From a virus (lineage: Duplodnaviria > Caudoviricetes), in the IMG/VR virus record IMGVR_UViG_3300033153_009271, positions 1 to 52,549 of that record: DNA of 52,549 nt. One strand, given 5' to 3'. The stretch's first letter is position 1; each line of letters opens with the position of its first letter. The notes below the pieces were generated by a model, which saw nothing but the letters and a program-made list of their open reading frames with translations, had not been told where the DNA came from and did not search any database. Positions 1 through 8,508 of the stretch are shown piece by piece. The position numbers were made by a program, and so were the translations under genes.

Positions 1-114
1 ACTATCGCAGCTCTGTAAGATGCCGCCAGTGGGAGTGATCAAAGTCACATACTTTTCTCCGAATACTCCAGTCATAACAGATTTACAATGGTTCCGAAGG
101 ATCATCCCGAGAAT
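1..114. repeat. Terminal direct repeat, copy 1 (identical to 52436-52549); circular assembly overlap
   Basis: 114 nt from actatcgcag to cccgagaat are identical at both ends, and the Ro60 frame continues across the join. Confidence 0.97.
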
Positions 115-1164
115 GAGACCAACCTCACGTGTGCAAATCTTAGAGTGAGGAGAGATAGTACCTCTCATAGAGCCAGAGACGTCATTAGCGATCAAGACAC
201 GTGTATCACGATCGAACCCTGTAACGTTAGCAGCGGAGGCCTTCACGGCCTCTTCCAGAGCGTCGACAACCATCGCAGAGTCAGGAGAGGTAAGCTCTTT
301 AATTTCATTGTAGGCGGAGAGGAAACGGAATGGAAACTGCTTGGACTTGCGGACCTTCTCAGGATCAGCAAGCTGCTCACAGACAAGAGCAAGGTGCGTA
401 TGGTCTACCCCAGCTTCGATGAAGTTACGAAGATTCCGGAGGGTCGCCATGTAGCCCATCTTCCCTGAGTGGATCATATCTACCCAAGCCTTGAGCTTGG
501 CGGCCTCCTTCTCTTCGGGGGTCTTAACATCCTGACCTGCTTTAGAGAGCTTAGTCTCCCATGTCTCAGGAGTCTTAAGACCATCATCAACGATCTTATC
601 GAAGAGTGACTGGTTGGCATCTCCCTCAGGAGAAGGATGAACAAGAAACAGCGCATCACGGAGAGTGATGTCCCCCTTCCGGTTATACTTAGCGAACTGA
701 TATTCATCGAACTTATTGAATACACGAGCCAACCCCTTCTGTATTTGCTTTGAGAGAGGCTTAATCCGCCCATTCAGGTTCTGATAGTACGCCAGTATCT
801 CCATAATCTCATCAGGACGTTGTACAACACGTGAGAGAACCTTCTGGACCAGCTGATCACCACTATGTCGTCCAGCCAGCTCAACAACCAGCGCTATGGG
901 GACAGAACGGAGATACATCTTCTCACGTGCATAGACAGCAAGCTGTCCAATGAACTGAGAATCATCACGATCACAGAGTTCTGTGATCAAGGTACGGATA
1001 CGTGCGACACGATCATCACTGGACTCGTAGAACTTATCCTGAAATAGAAATGTTGCTACTGCAGAATACAACTCTACATCTTTAGGCATAGTATATGCCT
1101 CACCACCCTCATAGTTGGTGGTCTTGGTAGAAGGACGTCGGGAACGGGAAACGAAGGTTGCCAT
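1..1164 (-). CDS. Ro60/TROVE-domain RNA-binding protein, N-terminal part (continues at 52435-52067; about 510 aa in total)
   Basis: Manual translation from ATG 1164: MATFVSRSRRPSTKTTNYEGGEAY..DKFYES..YAREKMYLRSVP..VQRPDEIMEILAYYQ..FNKFDEYQFAKYNR..LRDALFLVHP..MGYMATLRNLRN..DVSGSM (vWA MIDAS); in frame with ORF 52067..52540. Confidence 0.93.
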   Translation of the reverse strand, partial: MATFVSRSRRPSTKTTNYEGGEAYTMPKDVELYSAVATFLFQDKFYESSDDRVARIRTLITELCDRDDSQFIGQLAVYAREKMYLRSVPIALVVELAGRHSGDQLVQKVLSRVVQRPDEIMEILAYYQNLNGRIKPLSKQIQKGLARVFNKFDEYQFAKYNRKGDITLRDALFLVHPSPEGDANQSLFDKIVDDGLKTPETWETKLSKAGQDVKTPEEKEAAKLKAWVDMIHSGKMGYMATLRNLRNFIEAGVDHTHLALVCEQLADPEKVRKSKQFPFRFLSAYNEIKELTSPDSAMVVDALEEAVKASAANVTGFDRDTRVLIANDVSGSMRGTISPHSKICTREVGLILGMILRNHCKSVMTGVFGEKYVTLITPTGGILQSCDS

Positions 1165-1190
1165 AGTGGTAGGAGGTAACGATGCTCTGC

Positions 1191-1218
1191 ATTATACGCT
1201 GATAAAAATAATTTGCTA
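1191..1218 (-). promoter_or_regulatory. Putative sigma70-type promoter of the Ro60 gene
   Basis: Minus strand TAGCAA-16 nt-TATAAT; the -10 box ends 26 nt upstream of the ATG. Confidence 0.5.
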
Positions 1219-1231
1219 GTAAAAGAAATAA

Positions 1232-1378
1232 TTACTTGCGGGTCTGGATGGATATCCCAAATCCAAGTAGTCCGAACTCAACGACTAACATGTCATCAAG
1301 TGAATATATAAGTGGGAGAGCACACCATGTCACTGTGCGTGAGTCACCGCTCCAATTTGAATAGAGGTATATTGTCAT
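1232..1378 (-). CDS. Small hypothetical protein (48 aa)
   Basis: ATG at 1378 directly after the upstream stop; hydrophobic C-terminus. Confidence 0.45.
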   Translation of the reverse strand: MTIYLYSNWSGDSRTVTWCALPLIYSLDDMLVVEFGLLGFGISIQTRK

Positions 1379-1379
1379 A

Positions 1380-1718
1380 TTAATCATTAGAAATAACAGA
1401 AGAGAGATATTCAAGTACCTCCTTTTGAAACGCGTCGAGTTCATCTGACTTTAAGGATGCAGCTTTATGTAGAAGGACTAGATGTGTTCCGACATCCTCC
1501 ATGAGAATACGAGCCATTTCCAGCAGCAATGGCATGTCCTTACCTATTAGTTGACCTATCTGCTGACTGAACGCTTCTTGATGCTCAGTTGGGATCGTGA
1601 GAGCCTCAGCTCTATTGTCCTTCTGTAACAGCTTTATGAATGTACGGAATGCCTTGTGTCTACCAGTGATTTGCTGGAGTTCAACTATGCCAGTGATTTT
1701 CTCAGTAGTATTACTCAT
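1380..1718 (-). CDS. Hypothetical protein
   Basis: 112-aa ORF coupled by ATGA overlap to the upstream gene. Confidence 0.7.
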   Translation of the reverse strand: MSNTTEKITGIVELQQITGRHKAFRTFIKLLQKDNRAEALTIPTEHQEAFSQQIGQLIGKDMPLLLEMARILMEDVGTHLVLLHKAASLKSDELDAFQKEVLEYLSSVISND

Positions 1719-2464
1719 AGTGCATCGATGCGATTTTTCCTCATACGAAAGTTATATGCATCTTGGAATTGAAGTAAATAATCTCTGTAGACTGGCTTCC
1801 GATGTAATTTCAAACCATACTTTTGAATCTTCTCAATGAGCCTTGTTTGCTTCATTCCTAATGCATTCATGCGTACGAGCGCACGAATAAAATCACTCTT
1901 ACCGATAAGTGGCCCTTCACAGTATTGCTGTAATTCCTTCAATTGTTTTGCCAGCGATGTAGCTTCATCCAAAGCGGTAATTTTAAAGTCACCACTCCGT
2001 ATAGCATACGGTACTCCATGAACGCTGCAAGCACCTGAAACAGAGTGAGGTGTAAGCCTTACCCCAGCAAGTAGATATGCCGAGATAGATAATGGGATGG
2101 AGAAGTTGTCCGAGAACTCCAATAGTGTACTGTAATTTTTATTACCAACCTTTGCATAGCTTTCTACAAAATCACGTAGGTTCCACACTTTCATGTTTGC
2201 ATTAAGCATTTGAATATCATTCAATTTGAGTTCCGGAACAATCGTATAATAAATAGGGATATCCAGTTTCTTTGCTGCTTCTATACGGTGTTGTCCATCA
2301 ATGATGAACATATCCCTAGTCACGATGACTGGTTGGTAGGGTAACAAGTTCTTTTCGAGAATGCTCTTCGATAGTTTTTCTACGTGACGATTCTTTATAA
2401 ATCTATTGCCGGTGACGGATTTAAACTTGCCATAGTCCGTAGTTTGCTTGACTTCTAATTTCAT
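1715..2464 (-). CDS. ParB/Srx-like N-terminal domain protein
   Basis: GNR..HVEKLSKSI..PVIV..IIDGQHRIEAAKKL motif. Confidence 0.8.
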   Translation of the reverse strand: MKLEVKQTTDYGKFKSVTGNRFIKNRHVEKLSKSILEKNLLPYQPVIVTRDMFIIDGQHRIEAAKKLDIPIYYTIVPELKLNDIQMLNANMKVWNLRDFVESYAKVGNKNYSTLLEFSDNFSIPLSISAYLLAGVRLTPHSVSGACSVHGVPYAIRSGDFKITALDEATSLAKQLKELQQYCEGPLIGKSDFIRALVRMNALGMKQTRLIEKIQKYGLKLHRKPVYRDYLLQFQDAYNFRMRKNRIDAL

Positions 2465-2490
2465 GATGGTAGGAGTGTAGAGAAGTAGAA

Positions 2491-3045
2491 CTAAAATACG
2501 TCCGAGACCATTTCTGCAGCAGTCAGTTCACCTGCAGACTTATTTGTCCACTCAGCGAGATCTCGTGCGTCACGCTTAATGGCTAATACATCAGTCACAC
2601 CACTCTCGATAAGAGACTTCACATAGGCGCAGATAAGGACACGGTTATCCTTACGCTCCCACTTGGAGTCTTCATTTGTAGGAACCGATGCATCATTCTG
2701 TAGAGGCATATCTGTCCTATCTGACAGTACTGGAGCGGGCTGCTGTTCGGTCTGCCCTGGAACTCTCGGTCCAACGCCAACACTCTCGATAGCGTAATAT
2801 GTCCTACTAGGATCATTAGGTGATTTATTCTTTGAGACTTTAATCTTGTCTCCGGCATCGAGCCCTGCCGGAAAGAGTTCATCGAACCGCTGAGGCTTGA
2901 GCCACCAATCTAACTCAACACCTTGATAGAGAACCTTAACAACGTGCTGCGCCCCATATTGAGACTGCACATTATAGTTCACTGTAGCGATCGTGAAGGA
3001 GTACGGAACTCCTAGTTGCGCGAATGCGTCTGCGAATTTCGCCAT
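2491..3045 (-). CDS. Hypothetical protein, possibly ssDNA-binding
   Basis: Beta-rich N-terminal domain, P/Q linker, C-terminus ending SDVF; replication context; function inferred only. Confidence 0.5.
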   Translation of the reverse strand: MAKFADAFAQLGVPYSFTIATVNYNVQSQYGAQHVVKVLYQGVELDWWLKPQRFDELFPAGLDAGDKIKVSKNKSPNDPSRTYYAIESVGVGPRVPGQTEQQPAPVLSDRTDMPLQNDASVPTNEDSKWERKDNRVLICAYVKSLIESGVTDVLAIKRDARDLAEWTNKSAGELTAAEMVSDVF

Positions 3046-3067
3046 AGGAATATAAAGGGGGGAAAAA

Positions 3068-3847
3068 TTAGGGAGAAACACCCATGTAGACCTTCACGAT
3101 CTCTGCACCGTCACAGCGACCGAAATTGTCATTAGGGTCAAGTTTAAAAATATCAGCATGGAGATAATGCCGTGCATTCATAGTATCCATCACCTTATAC
3201 ACACCCTTGCACCAGATATTATCATGATTCACTTGCACGTAGTCCCCATACTTGAATGGCTTGTACTTTGCTCTGCCAACCAGCTCCTGTGAGAGTGCAA
3301 TTATCTTCACCCCGTCACGTGCCAGCTCACATAGATCTTGCCCTGATGCTCCTATACATGGAGAGCCATCTGTTTGCCCCGGTACAGGGTTATAATTAGT
3401 AACCGTTACCGTGTACGTACGACCAACAACAAGCGGACTACCTAGCTTCTCAAAGCCGAGAGGCTCAGCCTCTATTACTATTTCCTCAATCTCTGGACAA
3501 TAAAGCGTGGCTCCTTCTGCGCATAGAATACTGCGCGTAGTTTCTGCCATCTGATGAGTATAATCTAGTTCTTTATCCATAAATGCGACCTGACGTTCTT
3601 TTTCCTGAGTAATACGCTCAAACTGAGCTTTCAAATCGTTTTCTAAATTCTGTAGTTTACTGATAACACGCCTATCTATTGATTCGCTTTTCGCTCCATA
3701 TGCTGGCTCAGCTATACAGATGATTGCCACACCAATGAGAACGATGAGAGAGAATGCAAATACCATCTTATAAAGGAGAGGTATTTTTTCAATCTTGTGG
3801 AATTTGAAGCGAGAGTTCATGATTCTGCATGTAAATAAATAAATCAT
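3068..3847 (-). CDS. Membrane-anchored 3D-domain (MltA-like lytic transglycosylase fold) protein
   Basis: N-terminal TM helix, coiled coil, then TNYNPVPGQTDGSPCIGASG..IIALSQEL..VMDTMNAR..ADIF; alternative start at 3820. Confidence 0.78.
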   Translation of the reverse strand: MIYLFTCRIMNSRFKFHKIEKIPLLYKMVFAFSLIVLIGVAIICIAEPAYGAKSESIDRRVISKLQNLENDLKAQFERITQEKERQVAFMDKELDYTHQMAETTRSILCAEGATLYCPEIEEIVIEAEPLGFEKLGSPLVVGRTYTVTVTNYNPVPGQTDGSPCIGASGQDLCELARDGVKIIALSQELVGRAKYKPFKYGDYVQVNHDNIWCKGVYKVMDTMNARHYLHADIFKLDPNDNFGRCDGAEIVKVYMGVSP

Positions 3848-4176
3848 TAAACCTTTTCTGGATCGAGCGTCTCTGTGAGGAACTCTGGGAAGACGTTCGG
3901 CGGTAGCTCAGCTGTCTTACCAAATGGTAGAACTGTTCCTCTTGGGAAGAGGAAATGCCTGCGGACCGGACTGGAACTGGGGGACATTTCGATGTACCCC
4001 TTTTGCTTGAGTCCTCTGACGAGTTCATTTGCCATGGCTGGCGAGAACCCGAGGATCTTCGAGATATATCTCTGTGTTGGCGAGTAACGTTTTTCATACT
4101 GGAATGTACGTATAAGATATAAGGCTTGCTTCTCACGTTCAGTGAGCTTTTTGCCAGCTTTAGACTTCTTGACCAT
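3847..4176 (-). CDS. LexA-type winged-HTH repressor lacking the peptidase domain
   Basis: LTEREKQALYLI..YSPTQRYISKILG..LKQKGYI resembles the LexA DNA-binding domain. Confidence 0.8.
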   Translation of the reverse strand: MVKKSKAGKKLTEREKQALYLIRTFQYEKRYSPTQRYISKILGFSPAMANELVRGLKQKGYIEMSPSSSPVRRHFLFPRGTVLPFGKTAELPPNVFPEFLTETLDPEKV

Positions 4177-4184
4177 ACCCCCTC

Positions 4185-4213
4185 AGTATACACTATAGAA
4201 AAAGTTTTTTCAA
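4185..4213 (-). promoter_or_regulatory. Repressor promoter, likely giving a leaderless transcript
   Basis: TTGAAA-17-TATACT, then 8 nt to the ATG. Confidence 0.65.
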
Positions 4214-4240
4214 GTTATTTAATGTTGACACACTGCCATT

Positions 4241-4302
4241 GGAATACTCTAGCCACTCCTACCACCAGAGTAGCGCTTACACGCTAGGAACCAGAGTACT
4301 CC
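4241..4302 (-). other. Branched RNA hairpin in the 3' UTR of the small basic protein gene
   Basis: GGAGUACUCUGG/CUAGAGUAUUCC 12-bp stem that is fully paired, via G-U pairs, only on the minus strand; inner stems UUCCUA/UAGGAG and UAGCG/CGCUA. Confidence 0.55.
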
Positions 4303-4318
4303 AAACCTACGCCTATGG

Positions 4319-4471
4319 TTAAGCACGCCGTCTCCGGCGGGTTGTTCTCTTCCCCGAGGTCTTCCGCTCAGGAAGATGCTTCCCTTTTGGGGTTTTCCTT
4401 GCAAATCGCTTCGCTATACGCGGGTAATTTGCGAACAGGAATTTGCGCTGAGCTTTAGACTTAAAAGGCAT
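4319..4471 (-). CDS. Small basic phage protein (50 aa, not in the ORF track)
   Basis: MPFKSKAQRKFLFANYPRIAKRFARKTPKGKHLPERKTSGKRTTRRRRRA; resembles MPFKSKAQR-type small phage proteins. Confidence 0.8.
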   Translation of the reverse strand: MPFKSKAQRKFLFANYPRIAKRFARKTPKGKHLPERKTSGKRTTRRRRRA

Positions 4472-4486
4472 AGGTTGTCTAACATT

Positions 4487-6460
4487 CTACCACGAAGATG
4501 CAACATTTGCCACTTTCTGTTCTATCGATTGCTGCATAATGAAGTTCCCATGCTTGAAGTCGCACAGTAATGAGAACTCTGATGGGGATTTGTACTTATG
4601 TTTGCGTATTTCCACATGCATAAGATTAGCTTCCATTGGATCATATTTATGGCGCTTTAGTATTCCCGCGATATCTGCGGACGAATACAAATGGCCCGAC
4701 CCCTTCATAGAAATAAACCCATAGCTACCCAACTCATCCTTGATAGAGTCATTCGCTATCTGTGAGAGATCAATGATGGCTATGTTGTGCTTCTGTGCTA
4801 ACTTCTGGACTTGAATAGCGTACCGTGACATCTGCTCATACTCACCCTTAAAGAAACCGTCAGGTTCCACAGCTTGACAGAAATCTATAATGATGAAATC
4901 TAATCCAGGGCTCTTCTCAACAACTTGTTCATACTTCTTGAGCGAGTTCCCTGTCTGGGTCACGTCGTATATTTGGAGAGGCTTTAATACCTCTAAATCA
5001 TCAGGAGTAATCGATACATTCTTGCGGATGATATCCCAAAACCCTACACCCTTGATGATGCACAACATATGCGCAAGGACGAGGGAGCGCTGAACCTCTG
5101 TAGAGAAGATGATGCCTTTCTGATCATTACAAAGCATTTGATGCGCAAGGAAGTATGCTAGCTTTGACTTACCAATATTGGAAAACGCAGCAAGCCTCGT
5201 TACAGCCCCACGAATGATGATCTCATGTTCATTAATATCCTCATTCACATTAAGATGTTCAAAATTCACATTTCTCAATTCATCAAGGATGGTACTTATT
5301 CCTGTTATCTCTACCTCATCCGTCTGTTCCTCTGCCGCATTGATTTTCCCCGATTTGACATATTCATCTTTTGATAACTCTCTAATATGTGGGTATCGGT
5401 CCTTGAACCACTGGAAGATTTCACCGTTGTTGTTACCAGTAACAACTTGCACAAGATCCCATGGCTTGTAACCGTTATACTTATTAGAAATATGAGACGT
5501 ACCACCATGGATCAGGAGTGAATCTGACTCATCTGAGATGAAACACGCAGCCTTTATAGAAGACCCTGGCTCGAAGAAGTGTTTCCCCCTCTGCTCCCAT
5601 CCCAACAGGGTGCACACCACAGGGCCTATAGGAAGCTCCTGAATCGCTTTAAAGGTATCCTGCTTACTTGGATACTTACCCTGTGTCGCAACAGCTTTCT
5701 GACGGGTTTCCTCCTCAATGCGTTGATGCTCTGATTCACCGATAGCCTCCAACGACTTGATCATATCAGAATAGACATCTTGGAAATGTAATATCTCAAC
5801 CTTCTTTGGCGGATCAGACTTATAATTACTACTTCCCGGCACCCTTGCAATACGCGAAACGTTCACACACGATTTGTCTACTTCCACGCCACACAACTTT
5901 TCAATCGCCTCGCATTTCTTAATCATTCCTAATTTCCAATATGTTTTATTATATACAGTAATAGGCTCATCTGAGAAAAAGTATATATGAATACCATTTC
6001 CTGTAAAAACAATGTATCTCCAGGGACTATTTTTGAGTGGTCCGTCAATACATTTTTTAGCAAATTCCTTTATTTCTTCATCTGAAATCTCTAACTTTTC
6101 CTCGCGCGCGTTAATTAAATTATTATTCTTAGAATTAGAATTTAACGCATGTTTAGACTTCGTAGGAGCGTACTGCTTATCGTTCTGCTTTATTTTTTTA
6201 AGATTATTGATATTAGATTTTCTAATATCTAAGTCAAAGTATACATAATTTTTCTTGTTAATATCTTCATCGGCAGCACGATGGTTTTTAGCAGAACGCT
6301 CCACCCCCCCAAGGAAGTACAAATCACTTGGATGCTTGGCTATCGTCGCCTCGATATCTTCCCATGTCTCCGTCAACGCCAGTACTTTGTTGACTGCGCC
6401 GACTTGAGTTGTGCAGCCGCCAAGCTGGAGGTCAGTGAAAAATTGTTGATAAGTGTTCAT
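4487..6460 (-). CDS. Primase-helicase fusion (AEP-like primase plus DnaB/SF4-like helicase)
   Basis: YFDLD, FTGNGIHIY, SRIARVPGS (primase); AAFSNIGKS Walker A, FSTE, IIIDF, LSQ, GSG..SADI (helicase). Confidence 0.85.
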   Translation of the reverse strand: MNTYQQFFTDLQLGGCTTQVGAVNKVLALTETWEDIEATIAKHPSDLYFLGGVERSAKNHRAADEDINKKNYVYFDLDIRKSNINNLKKIKQNDKQYAPTKSKHALNSNSKNNNLINAREEKLEISDEEIKEFAKKCIDGPLKNSPWRYIVFTGNGIHIYFFSDEPITVYNKTYWKLGMIKKCEAIEKLCGVEVDKSCVNVSRIARVPGSSNYKSDPPKKVEILHFQDVYSDMIKSLEAIGESEHQRIEEETRQKAVATQGKYPSKQDTFKAIQELPIGPVVCTLLGWEQRGKHFFEPGSSIKAACFISDESDSLLIHGGTSHISNKYNGYKPWDLVQVVTGNNNGEIFQWFKDRYPHIRELSKDEYVKSGKINAAEEQTDEVEITGISTILDELRNVNFEHLNVNEDINEHEIIIRGAVTRLAAFSNIGKSKLAYFLAHQMLCNDQKGIIFSTEVQRSLVLAHMLCIIKGVGFWDIIRKNVSITPDDLEVLKPLQIYDVTQTGNSLKKYEQVVEKSPGLDFIIIDFCQAVEPDGFFKGEYEQMSRYAIQVQKLAQKHNIAIIDLSQIANDSIKDELGSYGFISMKGSGHLYSSADIAGILKRHKYDPMEANLMHVEIRKHKYKSPSEFSLLCDFKHGNFIMQQSIEQKVANVASSW

Positions 6461-6569
6461 AAATAGCGTTCGGTAGGGACAATCGTGGATGCTACAGGTG
6501 CTGAGTTTCCCATGCAAAGAATTGGGATTGCCTGGTACCGATATGTAGTTTGATATAAATATTTTCCTC

Positions 6570-6598
6570 TTGCTTAAGAATTTTCACTGATGTATAAT
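6570..6598 (+). promoter_or_regulatory. Rightward early promoter
   Basis: TTGCTT-17-TATAAT. Confidence 0.7.
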
Positions 6599-6626
6599 GG
6601 AGGCAAGTCCATTTCCCCAAACTCCT

Positions 6627-6914
6627 ATGCCACAGAAAAACAATGGACGAAACGCTAAATTAGACGGTATTGGCCGTCGTATACAAGTATATAGATTTGA
6701 GAATAAGATCAAGCAGCGAGCCTTCGCTAAGAAGCTCGGGATTTCTTCGACGTGGTTAAGTCTTGTCGAGCACGAACACCGTGCGCCGTCATTTGAATTT
6801 CTAAACCGTGTCAAACAGTATGTACCAGTTACTGATGAAGAGCTTATGGTGGCTGCAGAGTCTTCGACAGATAATAAAGTTCTAGCCTTCTTACGATCTA
6901 AAATTGATGACTGA
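6627..6914 (+). CDS. Cro/CI-type HTH (XRE) transcriptional regulator
   Basis: IGRRIQVYR..QRAFAKKLGISSTWLSLVE..PS; start placed downstream of the promoter. Confidence 0.85.
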   Translation: MPQKNNGRNAKLDGIGRRIQVYRFENKIKQRAFAKKLGISSTWLSLVEHEHRAPSFEFLNRVKQYVPVTDEELMVAAESSTDNKVLAFLRSKIDD

Positions 6915-7713
6915 TATCCTACCGACAATTCAGAAGAGATATACAGAAGACAAACGGTTCTACCGGATTACTGAGCAAGGACTCAAGGAACCAATGTTTA
7001 TTCCATCAGTCACAACAATTCTCAAATCAGTAAAGATCAATTCTTTCCTTGATAACTGGAAGGAAGAGGAAGCTGAAAAGGTTGGTGTTCTCGGTAGTAG
7101 GCTCAACTTGTTCTTAGCAGCAGAGCGTGGAACAAATGTGCATAACGCTATTGAGGATTATAACTTAAGACACATCCAGCAGGATGGTGAGCCTATCGGA
7201 TGGAATATTTTCACCGACACAGAATGGAAATGTATCAACCGATATCACCATTGGTTCCACATACGGAATCCTCGTGTCCTTTCTGTCGAGTCCAATGTGT
7301 ATTCAAAGAAGCGTTGGTACGCAGGACAACTTGATGCTGTTATGGAAATCCAACCTCCAAAGAAAAAGAAGTCAGACCCAGACATGCAAACTGGCAAATA
7401 CGTCGTGGACTTCAAAACCAGCAAAGACATCTATGACGGTTCCGAGGAACAGGTCTCAGCATACATGGTTGCTTATGAAGAGATGCACAATGTGAAATTA
7501 GATGGTTGTCTGATCCTTGCTCTGCGCGTACAGACTCAGAAGGGATGGAAGGAACGATATATGACACGCGATGAAGCGTTGCACAAGTTCGAAGGATTCT
7601 TGCTTCGAAAACATGTATTTGAATTCTACAATCCTGACTTCCAACCACGGCGTGACCTCATGCCGGAAGAGATTTATCCGCTTGTTTCCCCAGAGGAAAT
7701 CATTACCCCATAA
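6907..7713 (+). CDS. PD-(D/E)XK (Cas4-like) exonuclease
   Basis: PSVTTIL, AAERGTNVH, YAGQLD, VVDFKTS, QVSAY. Confidence 0.85.
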   Translation: MTDILPTIQKRYTEDKRFYRITEQGLKEPMFIPSVTTILKSVKINSFLDNWKEEEAEKVGVLGSRLNLFLAAERGTNVHNAIEDYNLRHIQQDGEPIGWNIFTDTEWKCINRYHHWFHIRNPRVLSVESNVYSKKRWYAGQLDAVMEIQPPKKKKSDPDMQTGKYVVDFKTSKDIYDGSEEQVSAYMVAYEEMHNVKLDGCLILALRVQTQKGWKERYMTRDEALHKFEGFLLRKHVFEFYNPDFQPRRDLMPEEIYPLVSPEEIITP

Positions 7714-7718
7714 TTATT

Positions 7719-7928
7719 ATGCGTACTTTTACAGTACTTACATCATCGGCATTTGTATTCATGTTCTGGTGGACATTTGTGCCAAACGCAGAACGTGATT
7801 GTGCGAAAGCCAATTGGCAGTTTGCTCATATTGGTTACTCGCAAGAGGAAAAGCTTGAAGCGGTACAGAAATGCAGAGATGACTTTTGTGAGCATGTGAA
7901 GCAGCACCCCCGCCCATCACGGAGATAA
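7719..7928 (+). CDS. Small membrane or secreted hypothetical protein
   Basis: N-terminal hydrophobic segment; packed in operon. Confidence 0.55.
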   Translation: MRTFTVLTSSAFVFMFWWTFVPNAERDCAKANWQFAHIGYSQEEKLEAVQKCRDDFCEHVKQHPRPSRR

Positions 7929-7957
7929 CCTATTCCTGAAAGTGCAATCTAAAGTTA

Positions 7958-7986
7958 TTGTATTGTTCTTTAACATCATGTAAAAT
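7958..7986 (+). promoter_or_regulatory. Promoter giving a probable leaderless mRNA
   Basis: TTGTAT-17-TAAAAT, 6 nt before ATG 7993. Confidence 0.55.
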
Positions 7987-7992
7987 ACAGGC

Positions 7993-8496
7993 ATGAACAC
8001 TTGGATAATCACCGATACCCACTTCAACGATCCTAAGTTGATTAAGAAGGGATTCAGGCCGCCTGACTATCAAGACCAGATCATGAATCACTGGAGGAAG
8101 ATGGTGGCCGAGGATGACCTAGTTATCCACTGTGGAGATGTCATCATACAGAGCGCGAGCGGACTGCCTAAAATTATGAGCGAACTGCCAGGTCGTAAGA
8201 TACTCGTCTGTGGTAATCATGATAAAAAGCCAGACTGGTACATGAAGAATGGAACCTTCGACTTCGCTTGCTACGCGCTGGAATATGGTCATGTGTACTT
8301 TACCCATCAGCCCGCTCAGCATCTACCTGCCGGTTGTAATTGGAATATTCATGGACACTGGCATGATGATGATCACCGCAAGGATACTGATGATCTGATT
8401 TACTCGAAGTGGAACCGCCTCTTTGCGATTGAGAGCACTGGGTATAAACCAGTACTTCTACAAAACCTTATCGAACAATATGAAAATAATTCTTAA
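7993..8496 (+). CDS. Calcineurin-like metallophosphoesterase
   Basis: TDTH, HCGD, GNHD, FTH, HGHWH motifs. Confidence 0.88.
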   Translation: MNTWIITDTHFNDPKLIKKGFRPPDYQDQIMNHWRKMVAEDDLVIHCGDVIIQSASGLPKIMSELPGRKILVCGNHDKKPDWYMKNGTFDFACYALEYGHVYFTHQPAQHLPAGCNWNIHGHWHDDDHRKDTDDLIYSKWNRLFAIESTGYKPVLLQNLIEQYENNS

Positions 8497-8508
8497 TTCT
8501 CTCTTGTT

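Noticed and set aside
1-114. Terminal repeat as a biological direct terminal repeat
   Set aside because: It falls in the middle of the Ro60 gene, so it is more likely an assembly overlap of a circular or permuted genome
88-1047. Track ORFs 88..468, 480..773 and 865..1047
   Set aside because: Shadow frames over the Ro60 gene
1165-1190. GUUACCUCC in the Ro60 leader matching the 3' strand of Y element B
   Set aside because: No partner 5' strand in cis, and C/T-rich leaders are genome-wide, so a chance match is plausible
6907-7713. Cas4 of a CRISPR system
   Set aside because: Stand-alone phage PD-(D/E)XK nuclease; no Fe-S cysteine set, cas1 or array
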